A stretch of 63,627 nt of DNA, counting the filler, from Octopus bimaculoides (taxonomy: Eukaryota): assembly GCF_001194135.2 (NCBI RefSeq). It is 6 parts of 6 records of this genome, joined end to end, with 100 filler letters (N's around TTAATTAATTAA, not from the genome) between each part and the next. Parts side by side here need not be neighbours in the genome. Positions count along the whole stretch, not along the records: positions 1 to 15,814 come from NC_069002.1; positions 15,915 to 42,640 come from NC_068983.1; 4 more parts are not named here. The stretch is one strand, 5' to 3'. Positions 11,503-25,542 of this stretch are shown piece by piece; the first letter of the stretch is position 1, and each line of letters opens with the position of its first letter. A model generated the notes under the pieces. It saw nothing but the letters and a program-made list of their open reading frames with translations. It made no database searches and was not told where the DNA came from. A program made the position numbers and the translations under genes.

Positions 11503-11711
11503 TATNNNNNNNNNNNNNNNNNNNNNNNNNNNNNNNNNNNNNNNNNNNNNNNNNNNNNNNNNNNNNNNNNNNNNNNNNNNNNNNNNNNNNNNNNNNNNNN
11601 NNNNNNNNNNNNNNNNNNNNNATTAAATACCATACGACATAAATTCTTGAATTATTAAAATTAATCTCCGACTCTGGGGATTGGCGCCATTATGACGTGA
11701 ACACATCACAT

Positions 11712-11744
<33 letters not shown>

Positions 11745-12450
11745 TAAACGTAAATAGAAAACGGAGAAATATTGATCAACAACAAGAATTGAGTTACATC
11801 ACTTATTTTTTTCATTCAATACAAATAGACTGCATCCTATATAACAGCTGTTTCTGATTCCAATGTAATATTGTATTGCTGTGATATTATACAAGTAATA
11901 TTCATCATATTTGGTCATAAAACCGATCTGCAACATGGAACGTCATCAGAGTGAAGGAAAATACATATATAAAAGAAAGAATAGAGGAGCCTATAGGGGA
12001 AAAGGAGAGACTGGTTATGTTTAAAATACCATTTTGCTTATGTTTCGCTTTGGGACTTTTCCCTCTCTAGGCTCTTCTTTTCTTTTATGTATGTATTTTC
12101 TTCACTCTGATGAAGCTCCATGTTCAAGATCCGTTTTATTGCCAAATATGATGAATATTATTTTCAGAATATCAGTGGCAATACCATATAATATTGGAAG
12201 CAGAAACAGCTGTTAAATATTTGTATTGAATTAAAACATAACAATTAATGTAAGTCAGTTGTGTGGTTGATCAATATTTCTCCATTGTCTGCTTACTGTA
12301 AATTTCATTCCTGATAAACTGATGTTTATATTTGTCATTGCTTGTAATCTATGCGCATAATACGCTTGCATATATATGTCTAGGGTTATGCAGGTAGTAT
12401 AACGGATACTTCTTTCTCTTAAACGGTTATTCCAGCCTCTAACTCTATTA

Positions 12451-12482
<32 letters not shown>

Positions 12483-12699
12483 NNNNNNNNNNNNNNNNNN
12501 NNNNNNNNNNNNNNNNNNNNNNNNNNNNNNNNNNNTTATATTTGTTTGAGTTTCTTTAAGTTCCTCTTGAGAGAGTTCAAGCCGGTCGCTATGAAAGTGG
12601 CAAAGTTTTTTTTTTAAGTTAAGAGAATTTCCGGTGTTTGTAAATATGTGGTTGAATTGGTGTTTTGGTTGAGTTTTCGATGCATACACTCAAGTGTGT

Positions 12700-13270
12700 G
12701 CATCTATTCACATAAGAATCTAAGATGGAGAATTTTTGGAATGTCTTACAAATCTTTGCTGTGCACTAATAGATTGGATTCGGACAATCCGTATCAGTTC
12801 CTATTGCTCTATCTCAGTGAAAACAAGAATTTCTACGTTTCTGTACAAATTTGCACCTATGATGGTAGGAACAAATGAGAATTCATTGTCAGTGTACAAC
12901 AACTGTAAGTTACGCATTAATTCGCCAGAAATGTTTTCTTTTTCCTGGACTTTTGATCCTACATTCACATCTGCTGGGCAGTTGACCTCTGCCACAGTGC
13001 TTGACTTTTGTTCCCTTTCCCACAGAAGAATATTAGGTCTTTTATGTTTGCACCGAATGGCTGTTTCTATTGTGGTGTTTCACCTGTCTTCTTTATTTTA
13101 AAAAGTATGAATATCTGCTGGTTCTGGCATGCCTTTATACGTCAGCGCAGTACTTTCTGCACATCGCATTTTAAATAGTTTTTGCTGCCAAATACAGTTA
13201 GCACCGAGCTCTAGCAGAGGATACTTCAGCAAGACATTATTCCATCTTCTGAATACCGATACTATGTGGA
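12700..13270 (-). mobile_element. R4/Dong-like (RLE-type) non-LTR retrotransposon 3' relic
   Basis: IETAIRCKHKRPNILLWEREQKSSTVAEVNCPADVNVGSKVQEKENISGELMRNLQLLY..FSFVPTIIGA, a restriction-like endonuclease domain. Confidence 0.75.
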
Positions 13271-13351
13271 TTTGAAGCGAATTTCAAACCGCACACCCAT
13301 ATCTTTGCTTATGTATTTCCAGATGTGCATATATCCACATTTATATATCGC

Positions 13352-13719
13352 GGCACTCCGTCGGTTACGACGACGAGGGTTCAAGTTGATCCGATCAACA
13401 GAACAGCCTGCTCGTGAAATTAACGTTTAAGTGGCTGAGAACTCCACAGACACGTGTACCCTTAACGTAGTTCTCGTGGAGATTCAGCGTGGCAGAGTGC
13501 GTGAGAAGGATGGCCCTTTGAAATACAGGTACAACAGAAACAGGAAGAAAGAGTGGAAGAAAGAGTACAGTAGGGTTCGCCACCGCCCCCTGCCGGAGCA
13601 TCGTGGATCTTTAGGTGTTTTCGCTCAATAAACATTCACAGCGCCTGCTCTGGGAATCGGAACCGCGATCCCACAACCGTGAGTCCGCTGCTCTAACCAC
13701 TGAGCCATTGCACATCCAC
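13352..13719 (-). mobile_element. tRNA-derived SINE family 3, full length
   Basis: Head gtgga..caatggctcagtggttag..ggttccgattccc. Collinear with 37749-38129. Confidence 0.85.
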
Positions 13720-14073
13720 TGCATTTATATATACCCGTGTATACCTATGCTTTTGTCTTCACTCCTGATCTTATACTTGTGTATTTCTTGTATCTCTATC
13801 TTTAACTTATACATCATATTATAGTCTTGAACACTATTCTTCTCCCACTTCTCTTCCACATCAAACTTGTCTTCATCTAAAGCCCTACTATTACTCTGTT
13901 TTTCATTTTAGCAACTTTAAAAATTTTAGCTTCTTCACTAAACGTCCCCTCTTCTAATTTCCTATAATATATCAATATTCACGCAGCAATTATTTCTTCA
14001 AGTCACTTACTGCCGCCGAGAGGGTTGTCAGCGAAACTTTAAAGCAGCAGCCACTCTGCATTTCTGCACAACC

Positions 14074-14120
<47 letters not shown>

Positions 14121-14438
14121 CACATTTGCATTCACATGTGTGTGTGTGTAAGTGTGTGTGTGTGAGTGTGTGTACATATATGTCAATTTTAGTACATATG
14201 AATGTGTGTTTAGCATATGTAAATTTGTGTATAAATGTGTGTGTATATATATATTTATATATATATACACACCGACACACACATATATATGCATATATAC
14301 ACCGACACACACATATATATGCAGATATATATATATGTATATACATATATACATTATATGTATATTCATATATCGATATCAATATATCTGTCTATCTTTC
14401 TACCTATTTGTCTATCTATCTATCTATCTATCTACCTA

Positions 14439-14569
<131 letters not shown>

Positions 14570-15858
14570 ATATATATATATGTATATATTGTGTGTGTGT
14601 GCGCGCGCTCGCATGTGTGTTCATACGATGCACTCACAGAGAAGTCTTTTACTAACATTTAGTCTTTGCGCATTCCCACTCATACTCACACATATCCACG
14701 CGCATACACAAAGACACAAACACACATCATATAATATATACATAATCATTCGCAAAACATCTTACATATCTAAAGCTATTTGCATTTGATGCTATTTGAA
14801 ATAAATTCAATATATAATTTCATAGTTTATTTACTTCACTCTGATTTTTTTCTTTTTTTTTTCTTTCTTGTTATCAAAACTCTGAAAAATTAGGACCTAA
14901 ATATCCAAACATACTTCTACACACATAAAACACATAAAGAAGCTGTAGCTTTCTAAAGATGCCTGAATTTTCACTGTAGATGAGTACATTCCTAATTATA
15001 CAACTCTATCCTGAGGGTATCATTTTAAAACAGTTTTAACTCATCATTTCAAGTAATATTCTTCCCACTTTTGCTGTGTAATACACTTCTCTCAAGTACG
15101 AATTCCACTGAAGTTTCTATTCAAATACATTTTTGAATTTATTTATATATGTATGTATTTATTTATTCATTAATTGTTACTTATTTCCTCTTTGTTCGAA
15201 ATGTTATTTATTATGCTATGGTTTTCTGTTGCTGCTATTATCCACCTTGTTCTTGTAGATATCTTCACACCAGAAGAACAATTCTTTGCTTTTTAAGATG
15301 ACTTGAATTTGACACTGATTGATGAAGACACTTTTAAAGATATCCTGAAATTATTGAAACTACTGCTTGTTTTAGAGAAAAGGTCGAGAGAGTTGGTAAA
15401 ATCAATAGAAAACAATGATTCAAAAATTTCGTTATTTTCTGTTCGTAACAATTGTCTATTTGGTAGCTGACCTGTCCTCTCTCTATAGGCAAGCAAGGAT
15501 CTATTGAGATATTATTATGAAAAGATTTAAACGTTCATACGTACGTGCCTGCACACTTAGAAATCATTCGTAATTAGAAGTCTTCTTATACATACACAAC
15601 TACATATGTATATGTTTGTATGTCTATATATAGAGATAGAGCTAAATAGATAGATATATAGAGAGATAAATAGGCAGGCACACAGACAAATAGATAGATA
15701 GATGAATATATGTATGTAAATGTATGTTCATAGATATAAACAAATAATAAATATATATATGTAGGTATGTACATATATGTATGTATATATGCATATATTT
15801 ATATATTATTTATANNNNNNNNNNNNNNNNNNNNNNNNNNNNNNNNNNNNNNNNNNNN

Positions 15859-15870
15859 TTAATTAATTAA
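15859..15870. other. Assembly join spacer (44 N + TTAATTAATTAA + 44 N)
   Basis: The same 100-bp construct occurs at 42685, 49145, 59969 and 61620. It places stop codons in all six frames. Confidence 0.95.
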
Positions 15871-15914
15871 NNNNNNNNNNNNNNNNNNNNNNNNNNNNNN
15901 NNNNNNNNNNNNNN

Positions 15915-16062
15915 TTTCATCGTCTTTTGAATTATGAACATATTTACATCATAAGGGTTTTTACATTGTAAGGCTTTCTTTTTTAGATAATTTTCACCTA
16001 GCAAGACTTATCGTAGATGACGTAATAACTCACACCCGTACAACGTCGGGTTATACTGCTAG
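15915..16062 (+). mobile_element. Non-autonomous Helitron 3' end (5' part lost in the gap)
   Basis: Hairpin cccg-tacaacgt-cggg followed 8 nt later by CTAG|T, the same layout as 30552-30580. Confidence 0.5.
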
Positions 16063-17639
16063 TAATATATAAAAGGCTATACATAAAAAAAAACTAAGTA
16101 CGTTTATATATATATATAAAAAAAACTTCCTATTTTGCGCTTGATTGCATAAACTACAAGTGTTTCTATGTTTAGTATTTTATTGTAGGAACAGAATGGC
16201 TTGTTGACATGGTGTAGCAAAATAATTTTGTGATATAGAACCACTACTTATTGTTTCTTTACTGTTCACCGACCAACGTCCCCATATCTAACGACAGTAA
16301 CTTTTGTAAGCACAAGCTCCATCTAGTCGTTTCAAATTTTTAAAGAGAAAACATAATGGTAAAATCAGCTTGACTTTTAACATTATGATCTACTGTACAT
16401 AGAATTTGCATTCAGTAAACTGTTCAATGCAATAATTACTCAAAAACAGCCGAAATTTCAATTTCAATCATCACACATTTGTCAGTATAGTTGACACAAG
16501 AGTTTCAATTAAATGCACGTATTCTAGCACAGAACCTAACGTCTTCATTAAATGTCATAATATTCTTGATTAAAGATTTACAACATGTAGTCTTCATTCA
16601 AAGACGCTAATTGTTTCAGTGGATAAGATTATGCTTTCTTGAAACTTTTTTATACATACAAACATACTATGCACACCTACACACACTTTATATCGCACAC
16701 ATACATATACGCACACTCAAAAATAGTGACAGACGCAGACACAAGCACACGCATAGATATATATATATATCACACGTGGACACGCACTGCTGTCCTATTA
16801 CTGTTACTATAAACTTTGCGTTGTAAAGGTAGTCATTAGAAAAGGTATCAAAGATGAAAGTTTTGAAAAAATTAATGTTATTATTGTTGACAATGTGTGG
16901 CAGGAGAGAACCCGTATAGTAAATTGAGGATAAGGTTGTTGAAGCTATCGTTACATATGCTTTGTAACTTTCCTCTTACGCACTTTGAATATTACATTCC
17001 CAGTATAGATAATTGCATTGCATAACCATTTGCCGTTAAGTGGATTGATTTCATTAGTCCGGCAATTAACTCTTACAAATATGACATCCCAAGTGTGCAG
17101 TATGAAAATAAAATGTGGTATTTGTTAGTGCCAGCACATTTTCAGAGGCCGTTTTCTGAACCATAAGTCCACAATGACGATTGGAGAAAAAAATTAACAA
17201 ACAAAAAACAGCACGGCATTGTTCATTAAGGGTTGGAAATTGAAAGATCATATTGCTAACGACTAGTCAATCATTTCATATATAATGCCTTATATAAACA
17301 GGACAAGGAAATAGCAATGTTGTACAGCAAATCGATACATTAAATAAAAGGACCAAAATATTTAAATGGCGTTACAAGAGCGAATTTTATCTCGTGAATT
17401 ACAATAGCACAACATACCATAATTGAGTTATAGAATATAAAATCAAGACCCCTGACGTACACAAACAGGGACTTTACTAAACTTACTCTTCTATCAGCAC
17501 CAATACGTATATTTTGAAAATTGTTTTCATATACTGTGAGATGATTGATGACTGATGACTATTTTCAGGTTTAAAACATGAAGTCATGAAAGAATAATCC
17601 CCCATTTCCCCCTTTCCTTCTTTCCTCCTTCTCTCTTTG

Positions 17640-19300
17640 TATGTATGTATGTATGTATGTATGTATGTCATTATTCGGTTTATTTCAAGATTTCTTGTCA
17701 ATAGAGAAAGAACCGGTTTCTAACCTAGATCCAAGACTCCTTCATCGGAATTTCAACATCAACAACATGTTATGTATGTATGTATGTGCAGATTTGTATG
17801 TTTTATGTATGTATTCTCATGCATATAGTTGCATATCTAGACATGCTCATATATATTAAAATGATAAACTTCTGGAAAGTTTTGCAGATTTTTACAGTTC
17901 TAGTGATGGAGTGGATCTGTAGTCCTCCAATTAGCTTTCTCCTTTCTGGTTTGAGAAGCCTAATTTCTCAAGGCCGCAATAATTGCAGTTATAAACCTGA
18001 ACTTGTAATCTGGATAGAGTTACTGCAGATTTCTCAATAGTTCAGCATAGGTGTTCTTTTTTTCACTGATCTTCAGCTTTATGTTAACATCCGCTGGGCA
18101 GCTAATTTCCATAACTGTATGCAGTTTCTCTTATCTATCCCAAATCATTATATCAGGTCTGTTGTGATTGCATTTTATTGAGCTACATTCCACCAGTATT
18201 CCTTATTATTATGAGTGGCTACGGTTTCTACCATATTGTAGGTTCTTGTCTCTTTGTCCTCGGGATTATCCTTCCGACTGATTTCAATATAGAGTGTCCA
18301 AGCTACAACGTCATGTCTCAATCGGTAGATAATACCGTGATGACATTTTCGGACAACTGCTTATGATGTGGGTGAGGTCTTCAGTGTGAACTCCACAAAG
18401 TCAGCATCGGTTGTCACACTTAATGCCTTTACCTGCATCTCTATCCCTTTTGTGCATCAAGTACTTGGTTGATATTTCCTGTTCCTGGATTGCAAAGTGG
18501 GAGGTAGAATCCGGTTATTGGTCTATGATAAAGTGCTTTGATGATCGATGTTACTATCATCACAGCGATTTCTACAAACATCCATGCATAGTCTTCTGCT
18601 CATATAGGCTCATCCTTTCATCTGATTATATGTTGCGGTAGAGTCGTGCGACTCCTTTGGAGATGTATTCTAGGTTATCAGACAAAGAGTGTTTCTCAAG
18701 GAGCAGCCTTCCAAGTCTTATGATGTTATCAGCCTCAGGCATGCAAACTTGGTCAAGGGATGCACTAAGGCACTTGGTAGTAAAAAGATGTTGCCGAAGG
18801 GATATGATGCGATATTTAAAGGCATTTTGGATCGATGTTAAACCTCTTCCGCCTTGTTTTCGTTTTAGGTAGAGCAGTATACATCACTGTTTATGTGGAA
18901 ATTATGTATGCTTGTTAGTATTTTTCAGGTTTTCACATCAATAGCTCGGATCTCACCAAGCGTCCAGTCAAGCTGCTCAAATGTTGGTATGAGTACTGGC
19001 ACTGCAAATACGTTGTGGGCCATAGTTTTACTGAATGCAGAGGGTCCTGAGGTCTAAACTTCCTTTGTTCAGCTGTAGTATTCTTTAGTGACAGGTGTTT
19101 TGTTACAGGTGCCACTGTAAGATATATTTTCATCCACCTCTAGATGCCTGAGACATTCGTCGTTAGATACAGGGGAAGCAGTCAACTCATTAATGTAGAT
19201 GTTACTAGTCTGGTTTATAGTTTTCCCCCTTTTCATAACCATATAACAACATTTATCCTGACCAAACTCCAATCTTACATCCTTCAAGAATGTTGTAACT
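17640..19300 (-). mobile_element. R4/Dong-like LINE, 5'-truncated (RT C-terminus, CCHC knuckle, RLE, 3' UTR, (TACA)n tail)
   Basis: FLKDVRLEFGQDKC..KRGK..DENISYSG..KEYY; CDNRC*LCGVHTEDLTHIISSCPKMSSRYYLP; CNHNRPDIMIWDR..EISCPADVNIKLKISEK. Many stops. Confidence 0.88.
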
Positions 19301-19609
19301 ATGTATGCATGTATGTATGAATGTATGTGTGTGTATGTATGCATGTAAGTATACGCAAAGATGCTAATATTTGATATATATTTTATTAAAATATGTATTC
19401 AAATATGAATTAGGAGAAGTGCAAGTGTTGTAAACATCATCAAGGACACATTCTCAGTGAACAAGGCAAAGTTGTTTGCCGGTAGGCTGCGATATGACGC
19501 AATAGAAATGACTCTCTCAAAGAGCCGAAAGTCATAAACAGTCGAGACAACTTTCTCTGTTTGTCTATCTGTCTGTCTGTCTGTGTCTCTCCCTGTCCAT
19601 CTATCTGTC

Positions 19610-19656
<47 letters not shown>

Positions 19657-21410
19657 GCCTGCCTGTCTCTNNNNNNNNNNNNNNNNNNNNNNNNNNNNNN
19701 NNNNNNNNNNNNNNNNNNNNNNNNNNNNNNNNNNNNNNNNNNNNNNNNNNNNNNNNNNNNNNNNNTATATATATATATATGAGTAAATTCTGACGCTAAT
19801 TTTTTGCGTGTAATAACAGAAAAGTGCCGCATAGTCGTTCGTAGAAATAAAACGGATACCAGACTTAAAAACGAAAATAGATTGATCAGTTCAACTAAAA
19901 CCTACAGCGGAATATCCCAGCATGTAGCATTCCGATGATAGTGAAAGTAAAAAATAGACTATGTATATATGTATGTGTGTATGTATGTATGTATGTATGT
20001 ATGTATGCATGCATGTATGTATATATGCATGTATGTCTTATTTGTCTGTCTATATACGTTTATGAATTTGTATTGCAAGATTCCTGAGGTGAAATCGTGT
20101 CTTGAAAAAGATATTGTTATATATCGGGATAGTCATATTTTTTTGCCAAATAAGCACACCCACTGAATATTCGTTCTTCAATCGTTTATTATTGTTCTTA
20201 TTTCATCTTATGCTCATTGTCTGGAATTCTTCTTTCCTCACACATCTGTGACCTTTTCAGCGATTTTTTCTGTCTTACGTGTCTCCTCCTGTTCTATTTA
20301 GTCCAAACTCTAATGCCATCGACTATAACTATGGAAACCTTTGGAAGGCGGAATGACGCTAATATCCATGAGTGAGGAACAGGATAAAATGCCACTTTAT
20401 AGTCTAGTCAGACAGCCAACAGTCTTCAGCAATGCTGCTTCACTTCTTTCAGAACTGTTCTTGTTGAAGAGGAACTGCTTGGTTTGAAACAGTCACTGAC
20501 CACTTAATAATTCCCACGCATAAATCATCCCGCTATTTGTTTTACAGTGTTCCTGTACGAATATATTCAAGTGACTTGTGTACAGCTAATATGTACACAG
20601 AAACATGCTGTGGTTTCCTGGTTTTTAGCTACAAGTGCTGAACGTGCTATTGTCAGCAAGTATCTTACTTCGTGTATGGCGTCCAATATCTTTCGAGAAG
20701 GATAATGGAAGTTGTCGAAGGCTTCCATGTAAAACATCAGCTTTCTATAACTGTCTAGAAGGTGTATTCACCGGGATTTTTCTGTTCGGTTGTTTTACAA
20801 AACAGTCACGAGATTTTAACTGGCGGTATACGATTGATACATGTTTTGGGAGATAAGTTTACTCAGTACTTACGCTGTAACTCATTTCCCACAATGACTC
20901 ACGTTTGCGTTAATGATTTACATTCCAGATCCCTGCCGGCAATAACTCTAGAGCATTCTAGTGATGCGCTTTCACGGCACTAAGGATATAACCTTTCATG
21001 CTGCAATACGTTGCTTGAGAGTTTAATGCAAATTTGGTATCGATAGTTCTACTTTCTAGAAATTAGTTGCGATAGCGATTTACCTCTCGTGTTTCAGAAC
21101 AATTAACTAGCTTACCCGTGAGTGTCTTAAGTCGGTAGTGCCCATAGAGCTTTAGTATTCAATTACAATTTGCAACTGATAATTAGAGAATTTATGGTTC
21201 CGTTTGCATTTAACAAAAATATGTAATCGTTCAGTATCTTTCCTGCACTTGGTATTTTATGGAGAGAGGTGACTTTGGGTGTTTTGGCTGTTTTCTTATT
21301 ATGATCGATGGCCTTTACTCCCACCTTTTGGTGAATGGCAAATGCAAAACAGATTCAGATTGCTTGCAAATTTTGCTTAAGTGTATACACGCACACACGC
21401 ACACACATAC

Positions 21411-21446
<36 letters not shown>

Positions 21447-21901
21447 NNNNNNNNNNNNNNNNNNNNNNNNNNNNNNNNNNNNNNNNNNNNNNNNNNNNNN
21501 NNNNNNNNNNNNNNNNNNNNNNNNNNNNNNNNNNNNNNNNNNNNNNNNNNNNNNNNNNNNNNNNNNNNNNNNNNNNNNNNNNNNNNNNNNNNNNNNNNNN
21601 NNNNNNNNNNNNNNNNNNNNNNNNNNNNNNNNNNNNNNNNNNNNNNNNNNNNNNNNNNNNNNNNNNNNNNNNNNNNNNNNNNNNNNNNNNNNNNNNNNNN
21701 NNNNNNNNNNNNNNNNNNNNNNNNNNNNNNNNNNNNNNNNNNNNNNNNNNNNNNNNNNNNNNNNNNNNNNNNNNNNNNNNNNNNNNNNNNNNNNNNNNNN
21801 NNNNNNNNNNNNNNNNNNNNNNNNNNNNNNNNNNNNNNNNNNNNNNNNNNNNNNNNNNNNNNNNNNNNNNNNNNNNNNNNNNNNNNNNNNNNNNNNNNNN
21901 N

Positions 21902-21933
<32 letters not shown>

Positions 21934-22705
21934 TGTGTGTGCGTGCGTGTGTGTGTGTGTGTGTGTGTATGTGTGCGCGTGTATGTATGTATGTATGTAT
22001 ATATGTATCTCTCTATCTGTCTGTCTATCCAACCAAGTAGCTAACTACGAATAATGTATTTTTCTATTTTCTATGTCTCCATTAAGATCTTGTATAGTAA
22101 ATCTATGACGGAGCACACCCCATTTGCGCCTTTTACTTGGAGCATTGTGCATATAAAATGCCACGTTTTTCTAAAATGAATACATAATGATATAGTGAAT
22201 GATGATAGCACAACATTTTCATAAAAAAATGGAAAATTTCTTTCTAATCAAAGAAATATACCCCAAATATAGCACCACATGTTAGCAATAAATAACTAAA
22301 TGGGGAGGTAACTTTATCAGATTTAGAATTAACTAAGGTGATCTAATATTCATGTTTAAATAGAAACATGGCCCTTCGTATTTAGGACGGTTATAGCAAC
22401 GGATATGGTTTTGATAATATTGAGCCAACCTCATCGGTGGTCAAATTTATTCACTTTATCAGTAAGTAAGATTCTATAAAACATAAAAATGTAGCCTCAA
22501 GCCGACCAAAGCCTTGTAAATGGATTTGGTAGGGGGGAAACTGAAAATAGCTCGTCGTGTACATACATAATATATATATACATATACCAATAATCATAAC
22601 GATACCTCCATATTCTCTATCGTTATAGTTATTGCTAATATACACTCCAGATAATATTACCATCCAGTGAATTGAACACAGATACTCTTTCAGTTTCCTT
22701 GCATG

Positions 22706-24218
22706 TAGTAAACTTTCCAACATGCTAAAAGAAGGTATAATATGCCCTGTCCATAAAAGAGGGAACAGAGCAGATGCTAAAAACTACAGGCCCATCTCTA
22801 TGACCTCACCTGTTAGCAAGAAAATGTGACGCATTGTCAAGAAAAGGTTGATCACTTTCCTAGAAGAAAACAACCTCACAAACACGCAACATGGCTTCCG
22901 TACAGAGGTGAGCTACCTTACATAGTTGCTGCAGCAATTTAACTGGGCAGTGAAGCAACAGCTAAACCAGTCAGCTGTAAACGTGATATGCCTTGATTTT
23001 GCCAAGGCTTTCGACAAGGTTGATTATGGCATATGTCACAAGCTGCGAAACCTCGGTATTACTGGAAAACTGGGAGAGTAACTGCATGATTTTCTGAAGG
23101 GCAGGAGTCAGACAGTTGTAGCTAATGGTGCTCACTCTGAAGAGACACCAATTCTCAGCGGAGTCCCAACAGGGAACTGTAGTGGGGTCACTACTATTTG
23201 TGGTGGCCCTTTCAGACATGCCCTCTGCGGTACAATCAGCTAATCTGACCAGTTATGCTGACGACACAAAAGTATCCCAGGCAGTTAGGAACACAGAGGA
23301 CTTCAAAAAACTGCAGAAAGACCTGAATGAAATACACAAATTGTCTAGCAAAAATAACGTAGTTCAATGCTATGAAATTTCAGGCACTCCACTATCGGTC
23401 CAGCACCAAGCTAAAATTAGAATACACTAGACCAGAAGGTCATACGATCCCAGAGTCACAGTCGGTGCATGACCTGGGGGTTCACATGAGCGATGATGCT
23501 ACATTCCATGTGCATATTGCCAAGATGGCAGTACTGTCAAGACGAGTGGCTGGATGGATTCTGAGGACATTCAGATCCAGGAAAAGAGAGGCCCTGCTAC
23601 GCCTATGAAAGACTTTCATTCTCAGCCACTTGGACTACTGCTCCCAACTGTGGTCTCCAGAAAGTGTGAAACAAACTGTGGAACTCGAAGCAATCCAGTG
23701 CCAATACACAAAGAAGATTGACTCGATGCAAAAAATGGGCTACTGGGAGAGGCTAAAAGAGTAGAGTCTCTATTTCCTGGAGAGAGGATAGGAGAGATAT
23801 GCGGTGATATACATTTGGAAGAACTTAGAGGGTTTAGCTTCCAATTTTGGAATTGACAGCTATACCAATCCTCGAACTGGACGGCACTGCATCATGCCAA
23901 AACCCCGTCTTCCCCATCTAAAATAAGGACACAGTACTTCAACAGTCTGGGTTTCAAGGGCCTGCAATTGTTCAACATCCTGCCAGGCAACCTTTGAGAT
24001 CTACGTGGTGTTGATGTGGAAGTTTTCAAGGAACGTCTGGACAGGTTTCTGTCTGAGATACCAGATGAACCCACATCGCGGCAGGAGACGCAAGGAGGAG
24101 CAGCTCCGTCCAACTTGTTACTTCACCAAAAACAATACCAGAAACAACACCGAGTAACTACAGGTGGTGCGACAGCATGACCTAAGCCTTTGGCTGAAAC
24201 CAGTAAAAGATAAAAGAT
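22706..24218 (+). mobile_element. CR1-group LINE, 5'-truncated RT relic
   Basis: KNYRPISMTS, QHGFR, LDFAKAFDKVD, GVPQGTVVGSLLF, SYADDTK, HLDYCSQLWSP; 3' tail (TAAAAGA)n. Confidence 0.92.
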
Positions 24219-24514
24219 ATATATATGTAATATTTGTTCTTACAAGCTATTTTTTAAATCTGTTATGATAAAAAGAATTTTACATTAATCTGATGGGTTA
24301 TTCTATGCTTTTGTACAGTACAAATTTACTATTCTTAAACATTATTGACAGTGACTTCGATTTTTCGGCCACTCATACTTACATACCCAAGGTAGATTTT
24401 AACTCAACAAAAGCCTATATAAAGCCAGACGTAACTACAATGCATCATCGTCCGATTATGGCTCACCTGGCTGAGACTTCGAAGTCACTGACCTTGAAAT
24501 GCTTGTTTAAAAAT

Positions 24515-24716
24515 TAGGAGGTCTGATCAATAAGTATACGGACTGTTGCTATAGTAACAAAGCTAAAGCACGCAGAGTAAAGCCGCTTGGCAAAGATTGA
24601 CCTTGAACTCTGCTGTGCAGGCGTACTAAGTTGTAACGTTTTAGCTCACTTCCGCTGTTTACAGCAGTGCTTCGAGGTGGGGTGGGGGGTGAAGCGCGTG
24701 ATCGTCGCATTGACGT
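24515..24716 (+). mobile_element. Mariner-type 5' terminal fragment / MITE
   Basis: Begins gaggtctgatcaataagtatacggac, a TIR-like motif of the same style as 49273. No coding part is recognised. Confidence 0.4.
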
Positions 24717-25542
24717 AAAAAATAGAAGACATAAAAGCAATAGAATTGATTATGTCGTATTGTTACAATTGTTTCCTTATGGGTGTTTCTTTTGATGTAA
24801 ATTGGTTATGGTCGGGTAAGCAGTAAATACAGCATCCACACGATTACACAATATGTTACGCAACTCTTAAATCATCAGGCTACTAAATAAACAAGAGGTG
24901 ATATGTTGGTTAATGAAAAGATCATCACCAAGAGAACTTTCACAGAATTACCAAAATTTAAGAAATGTACAGCGGTTGGGCCCACAACCTATTGATCATA
25001 GAAAGTGAATAGTTGAACGATGTAAATTAAAGAATAGTTAAAGGCACTATATTCCAAGTGGCAGAACATGCTTGATTGCCGGAGGATAACAGGCACCGAG
25101 CTTGACATTTGATTCTTTCAAAACATACTCAAAGAACAACAGCCGACTCTATTTATAAAAGAACCATTTACCTTGCTATGTTGCTTGAAGTTATCTACAT
25201 TAACAATTGGCCTGGTTAATAACATCTGACCTTACTTATTCACTCTCATAATTGATTAATCTTAATAAAAGTACTTCGATTAATTATTAGAGAACTAATA
25301 GAATATCAGCTTTAATCAACAGAGAATCAGCTTATAATTCAAAGAGAAAAACTTAATGAAATACGTAGTTTAGAGATCTTCCCTCCAAATTTCAGAGGAA
25401 TCGAAAAAAAGGATATAGAGATAAAAAGAAAAGGAAAAGAGAAAGAGAAGAGGATAAATCAAATAGAGAGAACGGTCAACATATTGACAGGAAAGTGGTT
25501 TTGGCATAAACGAATAATTATGCACCCTAGACTAATGAAATG

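Noticed and set aside
15859-15870. TTAATTAATTAA as a homeodomain/PacI regulatory motif
   Set aside because: It is always centred in exactly 44 + 44 N, so it is an assembly linker.
17700-17765. Minus-strand CCGATGA...GAAACCGG in the R4-like 3' UTR as a hammerhead
   Set aside because: No stem II closing next to GAAA and no GUH/stem I pairing.
20400-21000. Protein-like minus-strand text (HGSLRQLPLSFSKDIGRHT) as an integrase or transposase relic
   Set aside because: Many stops and no diagnostic catalytic motif, so it cannot be assigned.
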